From an uncultured Spirochaetota bacterium (GTDB taxonomy: Bacteria; Spirochaetota; Brevinematia; Brevinematales; JAOACQ01): DNA of 64,000 nt. Where the stretch lies: assembly GCA_963835575.1 (NCBI GenBank), contig CAWIGG010000005.1, positions 32,001-96,000 on the forward strand. Reading direction: 5' to 3'. Below the pieces are notes generated by a model. It did no database searches and was not told where the DNA came from. It saw nothing but the letters and a program-made list of their open reading frames with translations. A program made the translations under genes and the position numbers. Shown piece by piece: positions 19,134 to 29,323 of this stretch (positions within the stretch are counted from its first letter, which is position 1; each line of letters starts with the position of its first letter).

Positions 19134-19750
19134 AGCGGTGACAAAAGAAAGTGAACCGAAAGAAAAATGCCTATTTCGAGGCCATTTTCATACGAAGCAA
19201 TCTGATAGAATGGATGTGTGCTATCCGGATGATGAATTTCGATTCCCGTTTATTATAGCCGCCTTAAAACGCCATTCCTGTCCCTCACCACTTTGTCCGG
19301 CTTAATAATCTAAGTTTATCAAAATGGTGAGAGATTACTCAGGGCAGGCCCTGCCGTAAGTATAAACTTCCTTCCTTCTATTATTATAGCAGATAGCACG
19401 ACTTGATATTGAGTTAGTTTATGTACTGATTTTGGCTAATGGAAAATGGCCTCGGGAACGGGGGAACGAGGACTTGATGGAGTAACAAATAAATTAATTA
19501 CAAAAGAGTTTAAGCAAAGAAGGAAAATATTGCATGGAATGAGATGGAAAGGCGCTGCGTCCGGCAGACAAAAATATTGTATTTAAGAGAATATTTTATT
19601 TTAATTGAGACTATAGCGCTGATCCGATCATGTGGAATTATCCGCACATTTTGCCTTTTCTCTAATTGCCTTTAACTTCAATAATCATTATATTTAGATA
19701 TATGAACAACCTTACGGCTTCTCCGGAAAAAAACCTTTAAGGAGGCGCCT

Positions 19751-19954
19751 ATGATCATAGCACCGGTACAGGGACCTATGGAGATAAAACCCGTCCGAAA
19801 AGAACTCGATGATATCAACTCTGACAATAAAATCAGGGAATACGAAAAAGAAAATGAAAACAATATCAGGGACGAGGATAAGTCAAAAACGGAAAACTCG
19901 AAGCAGGCAGTTAAGGAAAAAGATCTTGGGAAAAATATAGATGTAACGGCATAA
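19751..19954 (+). CDS. Small hypothetical protein (C-terminal GKNIDVTA, YjfB-like tail)
   Basis: AAGGAGG RBS; charged 67-aa ORF. Confidence 0.65.
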   Translation: MIIAPVQGPMEIKPVRKELDDINSDNKIREYEKENENNIRDEDKSKTENSKQAVKEKDLGKNIDVTA

Positions 19955-20100
19955 AGCAGATTTCCGGATCTTTACTCAAATCCCTTCTTTTCTATAATAT
20001 CTGGATATATTCTCTTCAATATTTTATAATAAGGGCAGTTCTAATAACTGACAAAATACATTTATTTTGAGAACAACTATCGATTTAAATTAAAGATTTA

Positions 20101-20151
20101 AGCACTTCCAAAAACTTCTATTTAACAAATATGGTAGTTTTTGGAAGTGCT
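20101..20151. repeat. MITE-like hairpin of the TTCCAAAAAC family
   Basis: AGCACTTCCAAAAACT...AGTTTTTGGAAGTGCT; a further GGGCAGTTCTAA end at 20033. Confidence 0.65.
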
Positions 20152-20192
20152 CTAATCCAATTTATTTCTATTGCGGATTGGGAGGACTTTGT

Positions 20193-21315
20193 ATGAAGAC
20201 TTTAAATATTCTCTCCGGAAAAACGGACATCTCTCCGCGTGATGCGGGCTTTATTCCATCAAAATTGAATGAACTGGACAACCTCTTTCTCGGCTTGATT
20301 GAAAAAAGCAAACTGCAGGGCGCGAGCTACCTGATTTCCAGAAACGGGAAGATCTTCGGCATGGAAATCGATGGGAAAGCTGACCAATAAACCGGATAGC
20401 CCCGCCCTGATGCCGGACTCGATCCGGCATATCGGTTCCGTCAGCAAGCTTTTTACAGCGACCGCGTTCATCCAGCTCGTGGAAAAAGGACTCATTAATA
20501 TCAGTGATCCGGTCATGTCCGTCCTTCCGGAATTTAATAATCCCATGCTGAGCAAAATAACGCCGTTTCATCTGCTGACGCATACCTCCGGACTGACCGC
20601 CGATTCAGGCTACTTTCTGGAACCGTATATGAGAGATATTGACAAAGAGATTCGGAATAAGGACTGGCTTAAAGCCGTCCTGAAAGGCCCACTTCAATCA
20701 AAACCGGGGGAAGTCTGGAGCTACTGCTCCATCGGTTTTATGATATTGGCGAAAGTTGTCAGCCGGTTAAACAAAATATCTTTTGAAGATTATGTGGTGA
20801 AAAATATTCTCCAGCCCCTGGGGATGGAAAGATCATTTTACGATATCCCAAAAAAATACCTGAATGAGGTCTGTTATACCCTTGACTGGGAGGAGAATTT
20901 GTTAAAAAAGTGGTGGCCGGCCGGACCGCCGAGGGGCTGGGCATGGCTTCATACGACGCTTCACGACCTCTGGAAATTCTCGCAGATGATGCTGAATAAG
21001 GGCGAGTTGAACGGCGCGAGGGTCCTTTCCCGTAAAAGCGTCGAGGCGATGACAAGGAACCAGCTTCAGGAAGTCCGTTCCTCCTACTGGGGCACTGATT
21101 TCAAGGCTCTTCCTTACGGCCTCGGCTGGTCGCTTGTCGGAAATGAACTGATGTCGCCCGGCACATATAACCATGAAGGCTGGGGACGATGCGGATTGTA
21201 TATCGACCCGGCGGAACAGCTGATCTTTATTTATTTTGTCCCGACTACCGTGGAAGCATGGTTCCCCGAATCGATCGTCAACCCGCGGAATATTGTCTGG
21301 TCGGGAATACTCTGA
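20193..21315 (+). pseudogene. Serine hydrolase (beta-lactamase class C/PBP-like), one frameshift near 20358
   Basis: SVSK (SxxK), HLLTHTSG, WSYCS. Removing one G at TTCGGCATGG joins GASYLISRNGKIF to AWKSMGKL. Confidence 0.8.
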
Positions 21316-21362
21316 AATATTGATATTGAAGACCCGCTTAAACAAACGGTTTTAAACCTAAA

Positions 21363-21391
21363 TTGACTAAAAATTTCTTTCTTTCTATACT
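21363..21391 (+). promoter_or_regulatory. Sigma-70-type promoter of the MNT-HEPN pair
   Basis: TTGACT-17 bp-TATACT. Confidence 0.6.
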
Positions 21392-21419
21392 GAATATATT
21401 AAATTATGGCAGAGAACTT

Positions 21420-21755
21420 ATGATAAAAAGGAAGATTGCTTCTCCTCAAATTTTTAAATTGAAAAATTTACTTGAAAACATGAAAATTCATTATGATTCA
21501 ATTTATCTTTTTGGAAGCAGGGCTAAAGGAACAAATAACAGGAACAGCGACTATGACTTTTTCATCATACTCAACGGCATTCAAACACCTCAGGAAATAA
21601 GGGATATGAGAATAAAATTGAAAATCAGAATGAAAGAAATGTTTCCCAACAAGTCTTTTGACATTCTTTCACGTAATCTGGACGATTTCAATTTTTATAA
21701 AAATACAGTTAATACAATCGATAATACCGTTTATGAAGAAGGCGTTAAGTTATGA
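21420..21755 (+). CDS. Minimal nucleotidyltransferase (MNT) antitoxin
   Basis: YLFGSRAKG...SDYDF. Confidence 0.88.
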   Translation: MIKRKIASPQIFKLKNLLENMKIHYDSIYLFGSRAKGTNNRNSDYDFFIILNGIQTPQEIRDMRIKLKIRMKEMFPNKSFDILSRNLDDFNFYKNTVNTIDNTVYEEGVKL

Positions 21756-22144
21756 AAACCGATGTTGTGGAAAATTTCTTAATAAAAGCTGACCATGACA
21801 TTGAAGCCGCCTCATTGCTTTTTAAAAACAATCCTCTTTTCACTGATACAATAACATATCACTGCCAGCAGGCTGTGGAAAAATATCTGAAAGCTTTTTT
21901 GACTTTTCATAAAATCAGGATAAAAAGTAATCATGAGCTTGTTGATATCATTAATGAATGCATAAATCTTGATAAAGAATTTGAAAAATTCCTGACAAAA
22001 GAATTTTATCAACTCGACGATATTGGAATGAGCGTGAGATATTCTGATATAATCTGCGATCCGTCTCAGGAAGAAACGTCTTCTTACATCTCATTGACTG
22101 AAAATATGAGAACATTCATTAAATTAAAACTGAATAAGAATTAA
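21752..22144 (+). CDS. HEPN domain protein
   Basis: YHCQQAVEKYLKAFL, HEL, VRY; ATGA overlap with MNT. Confidence 0.9.
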   Translation: MKTDVVENFLIKADHDIEAASLLFKNNPLFTDTITYHCQQAVEKYLKAFLTFHKIRIKSNHELVDIINECINLDKEFEKFLTKEFYQLDDIGMSVRYSDIICDPSQEETSSYISLTENMRTFIKLKLNKN

Positions 22145-22247
22145 ATTTTCATATCTTAATATTACAAAATCATAAGCAATGGCGTATTTTTTAAAAATAT
22201 ATTCTATTCATTGTTTATAAAAATATAGTAAATACAGGTAAAAATTT

Positions 22248-23057
22248 ATGCGCCGGATCATAAACATCCTGAAGGCGACAGCCTTTGTCACATACAAGGA
22301 ATGGGCGGCATACCGCTCCCATATGGTGCTTTCATTATTTATCGGGCCTGTTTTTTTCCTCACGCAGATCTTTATATGGAAGGCTGTTTTCACCGGCAAA
22401 GATGTTGTGAACGGCTTTACATTTAATCAGATGATCGCTTATTGCGGGATCATCGCGCTGATCAATTATGTCATCATGGATTTCGCGGACTGGAACCTGC
22501 AGATGCTCATCCGCACCGGCCGGTTTTTGACATTCATTTTGAGGCCGATTTCGCACCGCTTCTTCGCCTTTTCGCAGAAGGTCGGGCACAGGCTCCTCGG
22601 TTTCTGGCTCGAGTTCCTTCCGGTATATCTCCTGTTCTTTTTCGTCTTTAAAATAAAACTGATTCCGGTTTATCCGGGATGGTTTTTTCTTTCCCTGTTC
22701 CTGAGCTTTATCATGATGTTCCTGGTCAATTACAGCGTCGGGATCCTCGGCTTCTGGCTGACGCGGACGGAAGGCGTCCGCAGGATGTTCCTGATCTTCC
22801 GCGATATTTCGGCCGGTGTTTTTATTCCGCTTACTTTTTTCCCAGCCGCCGTCCAGAATATTCTGTTTTTCCTTCCCTTTCAGTTTATCAGCTATGTGCC
22901 GGTCAGCGTTTTTATCGGAAAGTACGCGATGGGCGGATTGTCTCTTTCCATTCCGGCCGTAGTCGCGGTGCAGGCCCTTGCCGTGCTGATCATGCTGGGC
23001 ATGACCGAAGTCCTCTGGCGGATGGGTATCAAAAGGTTCACGGGGGCCGGCGCATGA
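22248..23057 (+). CDS. ABC-2 family transporter permease (DUF990-like)
   Basis: IRTGRFLTFILRPI, GVFIPLTFFP, LPFQ. Confidence 0.9.
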   Translation: MRRIINILKATAFVTYKEWAAYRSHMVLSLFIGPVFFLTQIFIWKAVFTGKDVVNGFTFNQMIAYCGIIALINYVIMDFADWNLQMLIRTGRFLTFILRPISHRFFAFSQKVGHRLLGFWLEFLPVYLLFFFVFKIKLIPVYPGWFFLSLFLSFIMMFLVNYSVGILGFWLTRTEGVRRMFLIFRDISAGVFIPLTFFPAAVQNILFFLPFQFISYVPVSVFIGKYAMGGLSLSIPAVVAVQALAVLIMLGMTEVLWRMGIKRFTGAGA

Positions 23058-23836
23058 AAAAAGCAATCAAAATTTATTTGATCGGCCTGAGAAACGCCTT
23101 CGCGGAGCGGATGGCATACAGGGGGGACTTTTTTATCAGCATGACCATCATGCTGATCCTTGAGTTTATCGTGCCCCTTGTGACGTATCTCATATACCGC
23201 TCCGGCATGGCTTTTCCCGGATGGAGCCTTTATGAAATGCTCCTTCTGCAGGGAATTTTTATGCTGGCCAAAGGGATCGCTTTTCCGCTGTTTTTCGGCA
23301 TCGTCTGGAATGTCCTGGAAAGGGTGCGGGAAGGCACGTTTGATCTCCTGATCATTAAACCAGGGTCCATACTCTTTATGACAATCATTACGGGAATTGA
23401 CATAGAGGATTTCGGCAAGCTTCTGGGCGGCTTCCTTCTATTCGGGATCGGCTGTTCGCATATTCAGCATATCAGCATCATCCAGTGGCTTCAGTTTATT
23501 CTGCTTCTGATATTATCCGTATTGGTCCTTTTCTCTTTTTCACTCTTTATGGCAGGAAGCGTATTCAAGTGGGTGGGAAATTCCCGCGTTTACGAATTAT
23601 TTAATTCCGTGATGTCATTCGCCACCTACCCCCGCTCTATTTTTTCCAAAGGCCTTCAGACAATCATCAGCTGGGTAATACCCATAGCGATGGTGGCCTA
23701 TTTCCCCGCTTCCGCCCTTTTGACAAAATCGTCGGAAGGCATCCTGTATGCCGCCCTGTCCGCGGCCGTATTTTTTATTTTAAGCCTTTTATTCTGGAAA
23801 TATATGCTCAGGCAGTACACAAGCGCCGGAGGGTAA
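23054..23836 (+). CDS. ABC-2 family transporter permease 2
   Basis: MAYRGDF, GWS, VREGTFDLLIIKP, YPRSIF, YTSAGG. Real start is MKKAIK at the ATGA overlap. Confidence 0.9.
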   Translation: MKKAIKIYLIGLRNAFAERMAYRGDFFISMTIMLILEFIVPLVTYLIYRSGMAFPGWSLYEMLLLQGIFMLAKGIAFPLFFGIVWNVLERVREGTFDLLIIKPGSILFMTIITGIDIEDFGKLLGGFLLFGIGCSHIQHISIIQWLQFILLLILSVLVLFSFSLFMAGSVFKWVGNSRVYELFNSVMSFATYPRSIFSKGLQTIISWVIPIAMVAYFPASALLTKSSEGILYAALSAAVFFILSLLFWKYMLRQYTSAGG

Positions 23837-23892
23837 AAAAAATGAAACAGATATCACAATTTTATCCGAAGTGAATGAACTGAGGACCGGGT

Positions 23893-23976
23893 AATCCGCT
23901 AATGCACGCGAATGCACGCGAAAAGGAATTGGGGAAAATAAAAATTTATTGGCGTGCATTCGCGTGGCTTCGCGGA
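23893..23976. repeat. Periodic (10-bp) inverted-repeat hairpin inside the ABC operon
   Basis: CCGCTAATGCACGCGAATGCACGCGAA ... TTGGCGTGCATTCGCGTGGCTTCGCGG. Confidence 0.75.
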
Positions 23977-24019
23977 AGATTTGAAATCAACCTCTCAAAT
24001 AAACTTTCAGGAGTAAAAA

Positions 24020-24997
24020 ATGATCATTACAGTCAAGAATCTTAAGAAAACATATATGACCTATAAACGCGGCGATAAATTCCTGGAAGTCCTCAAGAGC
24101 CTGATCCTGCCGAAAAAAGAGCTTGTCCACGCCCTGAAGGGCATCAGCTTTTCCATTGAAAAAGGAGAGCTTCTGGGCCTTCTGGGACCGAACGGCGCGG
24201 GCAAGTCCACGACGATCAAGATCCTGACAGGCGTTCTCTATCCCGCTTCCGGCGAGGTCAGCGTTATGGGCTATACGCCCTGGAAACAGCGCCGCAAGTA
24301 TGTACGGAATATCGGGGCTCTCTTCGGCCAGAAGTCGCAGCTGATCTGGGATATTCCCCCGCTCGACGCCTTCCGGCTGAACCAGGCAATTTACGACATT
24401 CCGGAGCAGGTCTTTAAAAAGCGCCTGAATGAAATGACGGAGATGCTTTCGGTAAAAGAGCTCATCACGAAACCGACGCGGAACCTTTCACTCGGCGAAC
24501 GTATGAAATGCGAGTTCATCATGGCCATGCTCCACAGGCCTGAAATTGTATTCCTGGACGAGCCGACGATCGGGCTGGACGTGATAGCCAAAGAAAAAAT
24601 ACGCGAATTCATCCTGGAAATGAACAGCCAGGGTACGACCTTTATTTTAACAACACATGATATGGATGATGTGGAGCGCCTCGCCAGAAGAGTGATCGTC
24701 ATCAATTTCGGGGAGATTGTTTTTGACGATACCATCGGCTCGCTCAAAAAATACCTCGGCACAAAAAAGGTGATCCATCTCGCGACGCATAATCCCCTTC
24801 CGGAGTTGAAGAAACCCGGCATTGAAGTCGTCAACTGGGTATCGGATTATGATGTGGAATTGAAGCTGGACATTTCCCGGATCCGGCTCAATGATTTCAT
24901 TGAGGAAATAAATAAAAAGAGCTCCATTGCCGACATGTCCATCGGTGAACTGCCCATCGAAAGCATTATCAAGGAGCTTTATCTGCATAAGAGGTAG
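24020..24997 (+). CDS. ABC transporter ATP-binding protein
   Basis: GPNGAGKST, LSLGERMK, FLDEPT, TTH. Confidence 0.95.
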   Translation: MIITVKNLKKTYMTYKRGDKFLEVLKSLILPKKELVHALKGISFSIEKGELLGLLGPNGAGKSTTIKILTGVLYPASGEVSVMGYTPWKQRRKYVRNIGALFGQKSQLIWDIPPLDAFRLNQAIYDIPEQVFKKRLNEMTEMLSVKELITKPTRNLSLGERMKCEFIMAMLHRPEIVFLDEPTIGLDVIAKEKIREFILEMNSQGTTFILTTHDMDDVERLARRVIVINFGEIVFDDTIGSLKKYLGTKKVIHLATHNPLPELKKPGIEVVNWVSDYDVELKLDISRIRLNDFIEEINKKSSIADMSIGELPIESIIKELYLHKR

Positions 24998-25029
24998 GGC
25001 GGGCTTTTTTTTAAAAGAATTCTTTTTTG

Positions 25030-25155
25030 TAATATCCGATTGTTCACGCGGATGACACGGATGACGCGGATTTATGAGGATTTAGCTGTTATTTAAGACA
25101 GTTGGTTAGTCAAAGCATTTATTTTACGGCAGAGGCGCAGAGAGCACGGAGAATG
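25030..25155. repeat. Periodic-repeat arms (CACGCGGATGACACGGATGACGCGGAT; GCAGAGGCGCAGAGAGCACGGAGA)
   Basis: About 25015-25080 is the inverted homologue of about 42985-43055. Confidence 0.7.
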
Positions 25156-25179
25156 TGAATATTGCGCTTATACAAAATA

Positions 25180-25255
25180 GAGCCATATATTTCCCGGATC
25201 CGGTTCAATGATTTTATTGAGGAAATAAATAAGAAAAGTTCTATCACCGACATGT
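25180..25255 (+). repeat. Partial duplicate of ABC ATPase 3' end (copy B)
   Basis: ATTTCCCGGATCCGGTTCAATGATTTTATTGAGGAAATAAATAAGAAAAG..CCGACATG matches about 24872-24938. Confidence 0.9.
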
Positions 25256-25602
25256 GAAGCCCATATCTGCGGTAACCTTAAAATAAACAGTTTAAGGGAT
25301 ATATTCGAAATGAAGGACATAAAAAAGTGCCGATTGGGAAAAAGTAGAAGGAACAAAAAAGGAATTTAAGGAATTACTTATCGACATGGCGGATAAGACC
25401 CTGTACTAAGCTAAAAACACAGTCTGCACAAATTGCAATTTCCGCTCTGAAAAATTTGAGTTGTTTATAGATGATAAATACCCGAAATGCGAAAGAACGT
25501 GTGTCCTTATTAGTAATAAATATAACTTGTTCGCAAATTAGTCTGGCTGCAGACTAATCAGTATAGAAAGCAAAGCTAAGGCTGGTGCAGGCAAATACGA
25601 TG

Positions 25603-26331
25603 CTATAAAATTATTTCGCTGAATAAATTATTTTTATGATTCTTTTTAAATAAATCAATTCGATTATTTATCAAATATTTATTTTTCCTAATAATAAAAA
25701 CATATAATCGTGCTGTTCCCTTATGATACCATAATATTCTTATTGATAAATCCCGAATTAAGTTTTTAATATATGGAAATATTTTTTCCTTTGAAAATGA
25801 CACTAAACCTCCTTTATATCTTGGTCCGTGCTGATATAACACAAGATCTGATGATGTTTTTTCTAAATATTCTTTCAGATCATCGCAAGTAACATACTTT
25901 GATAAATCCTTTCTTTTCTCATTAAATGCAATTCCATTATCAGGATCAAGAAAAATAATATCAGATTTTGACAATGTGGTTATCGAATTATTTAACCATA
26001 TAGATCTATTATTTTTATCAACAGGTTTAGAATAATAAGTTGTTGCAGGTAATAGGTCCTTATTTTCAATCTGGTCAATGGCACGTCTGGTACTAATTTC
26101 TTTAAGTAATTTATATATTTTATTACTTAATGGAGGCAATGATTCTATTAGATGATTTTTATCATGTTCAAGATACCCTACCTTGTTTCCATCTGATTTA
26201 TCATCATTAGGTGTTAAATACCAATTAATGCCCAATGATAAAGAATTATTATCATTCTCAGGATGGATAATATAGTGCAATAAAAGATATTTTCCAAAAT
26301 CACCAATATCACAAACGTATTGATTCTTCAT
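25603..26331 (-). CDS. Conserved hypothetical protein, possible SAM-MTase-like fold
   Basis: MKNQYVCDIGDFGKYLLL N-terminus and DIIFLDPDNGI; GAGGAGGAG RBS. Confidence 0.7.
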   Translation of the reverse strand: MKNQYVCDIGDFGKYLLLHYIIHPENDNNSLSLGINWYLTPNDDKSDGNKVGYLEHDKNHLIESLPPLSNKIYKLLKEISTRRAIDQIENKDLLPATTYYSKPVDKNNRSIWLNNSITTLSKSDIIFLDPDNGIAFNEKRKDLSKYVTCDDLKEYLEKTSSDLVLYQHGPRYKGGLVSFSKEKIFPYIKNLIRDLSIRILWYHKGTARLYVFIIRKNKYLINNRIDLFKKNHKNNLFSEIIL

Positions 26332-26362
26332 AAAACTCCTCCTCTATTTAAGAATTTTGTAT

Positions 26363-27679
26363 TTATAACAATTCATATTTATCATAATCATAAAAAACAC
26401 ATGATTCTTTATTGAAAAGCAAAACTACCTCCCCAGAAAAGCCATTCCTATAATGTACAACTTCTAATCTGGTCAAATCTGGTTCAGCCTCCCTTGAAAA
26501 ATATTCTAAGCGATTAATAAACGCTGCTAAATCTGAATATTCAATCAATCCTGGAGGCATTTGCGAGACTAATGCGCTTTCATTTTCTAATTCTAGAGTT
26601 TTTAAACTAGTATTAGTCAAACATGTAACAATTACAGCTATGTTATACTCTTTAGCGATATTTTTTAAAGCAAAAAAAGTTTCTTCCCATAAAATGTTTT
26701 GATGTTCTTCAATTCCAATTTCTAAAATTGACTCTGTTTCATCTTGATAACTACCTTTCCATCTTAATTTATTTGCCCTTAGATATTCAACGCCATCGAT
26801 TATTAATATTTTAATTGGTTTTTGTCTGCGATAATCACGGACTTTGGACAAAGTTAATCCCTTATCGAAGTAAAAATACAGCGGCAGGTCCTGCATTTCC
26901 TTTATGACCTTTTCATAATCCAAAGACTTTGGATCTTTTTCATTCAATGACATACAGGTTTTAATATTTTCTCCTGTAAGAAAAGACAACAACCTGATAG
27001 CCATTGCTGGTTCTGATAAACCCGCCGAAATAAACAGCGTCTCATGACCTTTTTTTACGAATTCAAATATTGCGGGGATTACAAATGCAGTTTTACCAAT
27101 ACTTTTATCACCGCATATAACATAGAGTTCGCCATTATGGAAACCTCCAAATCTTTTGTCAAAATCATTGTAACCACTAAGGAAAGACTTGTTTGCATCT
27201 TTAATTTTATGGTTTAATAACCGGTTAATATTTATTATATCTGATTGATGATAACTTTTGCTTAAAATTGTTATCTGTGTTTCTAAGCATCGAATTAATC
27301 CATATTTTGAATATACTTCGAGTCTATCTTTCTGAATTAAGTCGTTTAAATTGTTTCTAACCTTTCTATTCGCGGAAATTTCTAAAATTTGATGTGCCAT
27401 ATCCAGAAGTTCATTATTGTCGATATAAATTGTTGTCTCACTAAACACACTATAATAAGATGGGGATTCCATGACAGACTCTAACATCGACTGGTCAACA
27501 TGATTTTTCGAACAATATTCTTTCCGCATTAATTCATACGCAAGACAACAATCCTTGTCAAAAAAATCATCTTTAATTAATCGATTTATGAAAATTGGAA
27601 AAATATCCTGATTATGTAGCAGACCATTGATAAATTGCTTTTCTAGATTTTTGTTTTCAAAGACCATAATTTCCCTCAT
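26363..27679 (-). CDS. Divergent DnaB-like helicase paralogue
   Basis: DnaB N-domain-like start; SGYNDFDKRFGGFHNGELYVICGDKSIGKT; LIIDG; LKNIAKEYNI; YRNG. Confidence 0.8.
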   Translation of the reverse strand: MREIMVFENKNLEKQFINGLLHNQDIFPIFINRLIKDDFFDKDCCLAYELMRKEYCSKNHVDQSMLESVMESPSYYSVFSETTIYIDNNELLDMAHQILEISANRKVRNNLNDLIQKDRLEVYSKYGLIRCLETQITILSKSYHQSDIININRLLNHKIKDANKSFLSGYNDFDKRFGGFHNGELYVICGDKSIGKTAFVIPAIFEFVKKGHETLFISAGLSEPAMAIRLLSFLTGENIKTCMSLNEKDPKSLDYEKVIKEMQDLPLYFYFDKGLTLSKVRDYRRQKPIKILIIDGVEYLRANKLRWKGSYQDETESILEIGIEEHQNILWEETFFALKNIAKEYNIAVIVTCLTNTSLKTLELENESALVSQMPPGLIEYSDLAAFINRLEYFSREAEPDLTRLEVVHYRNGFSGEVVLLFNKESCVFYDYDKYELL

Positions 27680-27986
27680 TTCTAAATTTTAAGATATTAA
27701 TCTTTGCATCCAATTGTTTATATCATATTTTATATCCTATTGTCAAGTGAGGGGGGATACCATAGAGCTATTACAAATATAACCATTTCAAAAGTATAAA
27801 AAAGGGGGAGAGTTGTTTTGATATGTACTTTGATTTGATGTATTATTATATTCCAATAATTTGAAATATTTTCAAAAAAAGAATAATAATGATAAAGCTT
27901 AAAGAGAAATATGTGCTATTGTGTTATTGTGTTATCATATCATATACGCCAAAGCGTGAACATATTGCCTGATGTGAATATATTAT

Positions 27987-29270
27987 GGGCGGTTTTAAAA
28001 ACCGCCTAATTTATCAACACTTCCCTGATAATAGAAAATATTTTCAAAATATTTCTGCCAACAGGTTAAAAACTGTTTCTATTACCAAAATTCAGCCAAA
28101 CACGGGCAATATTATCCATATCTTCTGTATTTTAAGCCGCACAAGACGCAATTCGACCTTTTACCACAACATACCGTGCTAAATTATAAACCAGATTCAT
28201 CAGCCCGATTTGGCTCTCTGCCCTTTCTTTTCCTATCGATCGTATTGTACTGCCGTTCATACTATTTTCAACAAAACCAAAAACATGCTCAACACGAACT
28301 CGGATGCGGCTCTTTCTTCTATTTTTTTCTTTCTGCTTCTCCGTCAATGGCTTATTTCTGTATCCTTTTTCGTGAATCCGGTTTTTCATCTCAAATTTTT
28401 CTAATATTCCTGCTACCGTTGGGCCAACATATGCGCTGTCCGCGTAAAACGGCTTCCCTTTGTCTTTCTCATTCAATAGAGGTTCAACTACCTGTGAATC
28501 GTGAACGCTCGCATCTGTCGTGACATAAGAACGAATAAGTTTTGACTTCACATCAACCTTTGTATGGTTTTTGTATCCGTAATGCCTCTCTTTATTCTTG
28601 GTCATCCAGCGCGCATCCGTGTCTTTATGGGAAAGCTTATGCGTATTATCTTTCCAATCTTCCGGAACCTCGCCTTCTTTTATTTTCTTGTTTTCTTCGC
28701 GGCTGTTCCTCTGCCGGGGAACATCCACAAAACTTGCGTCTACCATAACGCCCGCTTTCCCTATCACACCTTTATTCTCAAGATTCTCATCGAATATTTT
28801 AAAAAGTTTCTCTATTGCTTTCGCTTTCATCAGTTTTTCCTTGAATTCCCAGATTTTACTGTAGTCCGGAACTTTGTCCGAAAGTGTTATCCCAAGATAT
28901 CGCTGAACGGATAACCTGTCATTGATCTGAAATTCCGCTTGCTCATCGGAAAGATTGTAATACCTCTGGAATATCAGTATCTTGAACATGAAAACATAGT
29001 CATAATGTGGCGCTCCGCCCGGCGCCTTCTGCTCTTTCGGCGCCAAAATCTCTGTTAACAGCGGCCGGAACATCTCAAAGTCTACAACCCTGTTAAGCTT
29101 ATCCAGCGGTGTTTTTACGCCGCTTAGCTTTTCCATCCGCTCCTGATATTCAAACAAGTTACGGTCTTTCCGCTTAATTTTTGTCATAGCCTTACCTCTG
29201 TTTTCTTTGACTATGATTATATGTTTTTATATACTATTTGTATATGATACGTGGGTTTTTCAAACCGCCC
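27987..29270 (-). mobile_element. IS5-family element, copy 1 (1284 bp)
   Basis: TIRs GGGCGGTTTTAAAAACC / GGTTTTTCAAACCGCCC; TTAT target duplication. Confidence 0.95.
28132..29187 (-). CDS. IS5-family transposase
   Basis: YNLSDEQAE, VPD, VDAS, DTDARW, YGYKNH, ADSAY, RVRVEHVF. Confidence 0.95.
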   Translation of the reverse strand: MTKIKRKDRNLFEYQERMEKLSGVKTPLDKLNRVVDFEMFRPLLTEILAPKEQKAPGGAPHYDYVFMFKILIFQRYYNLSDEQAEFQINDRLSVQRYLGITLSDKVPDYSKIWEFKEKLMKAKAIEKLFKIFDENLENKGVIGKAGVMVDASFVDVPRQRNSREENKKIKEGEVPEDWKDNTHKLSHKDTDARWMTKNKERHYGYKNHTKVDVKSKLIRSYVTTDASVHDSQVVEPLLNEKDKGKPFYADSAYVGPTVAGILEKFEMKNRIHEKGYRNKPLTEKQKEKNRRKSRIRVRVEHVFGFVENSMNGSTIRSIGKERAESQIGLMNLVYNLARYVVVKGRIASCAA

Positions 29271-29323
29271 TTATGTTAATGGTTTGAAAATTTGCCCTTG
29301 TAATTTGGAAAAAGGAGGAAAAT

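Larger units (their letters stand above)
17429..19465 (+). repeat. Multi-hairpin dispersed repeat, copy 2, split by an IS1182-family element in its first hairpin loop
   Basis: GTTCACTTTCTTTTGT (17431) and ACAAAAGAAAGTGAAC (19141) are the two arms, separated by the IS. The remainder (19134-19465) aligns to copy 1. Confidence 0.9.

Noticed and set aside
22335..23066. 243-aa antisense ORF and similar shadow ORFs over GC-rich genes and IS5 copies
   Set aside because: They lie opposite or out of frame to well-supported genes and show no motifs.
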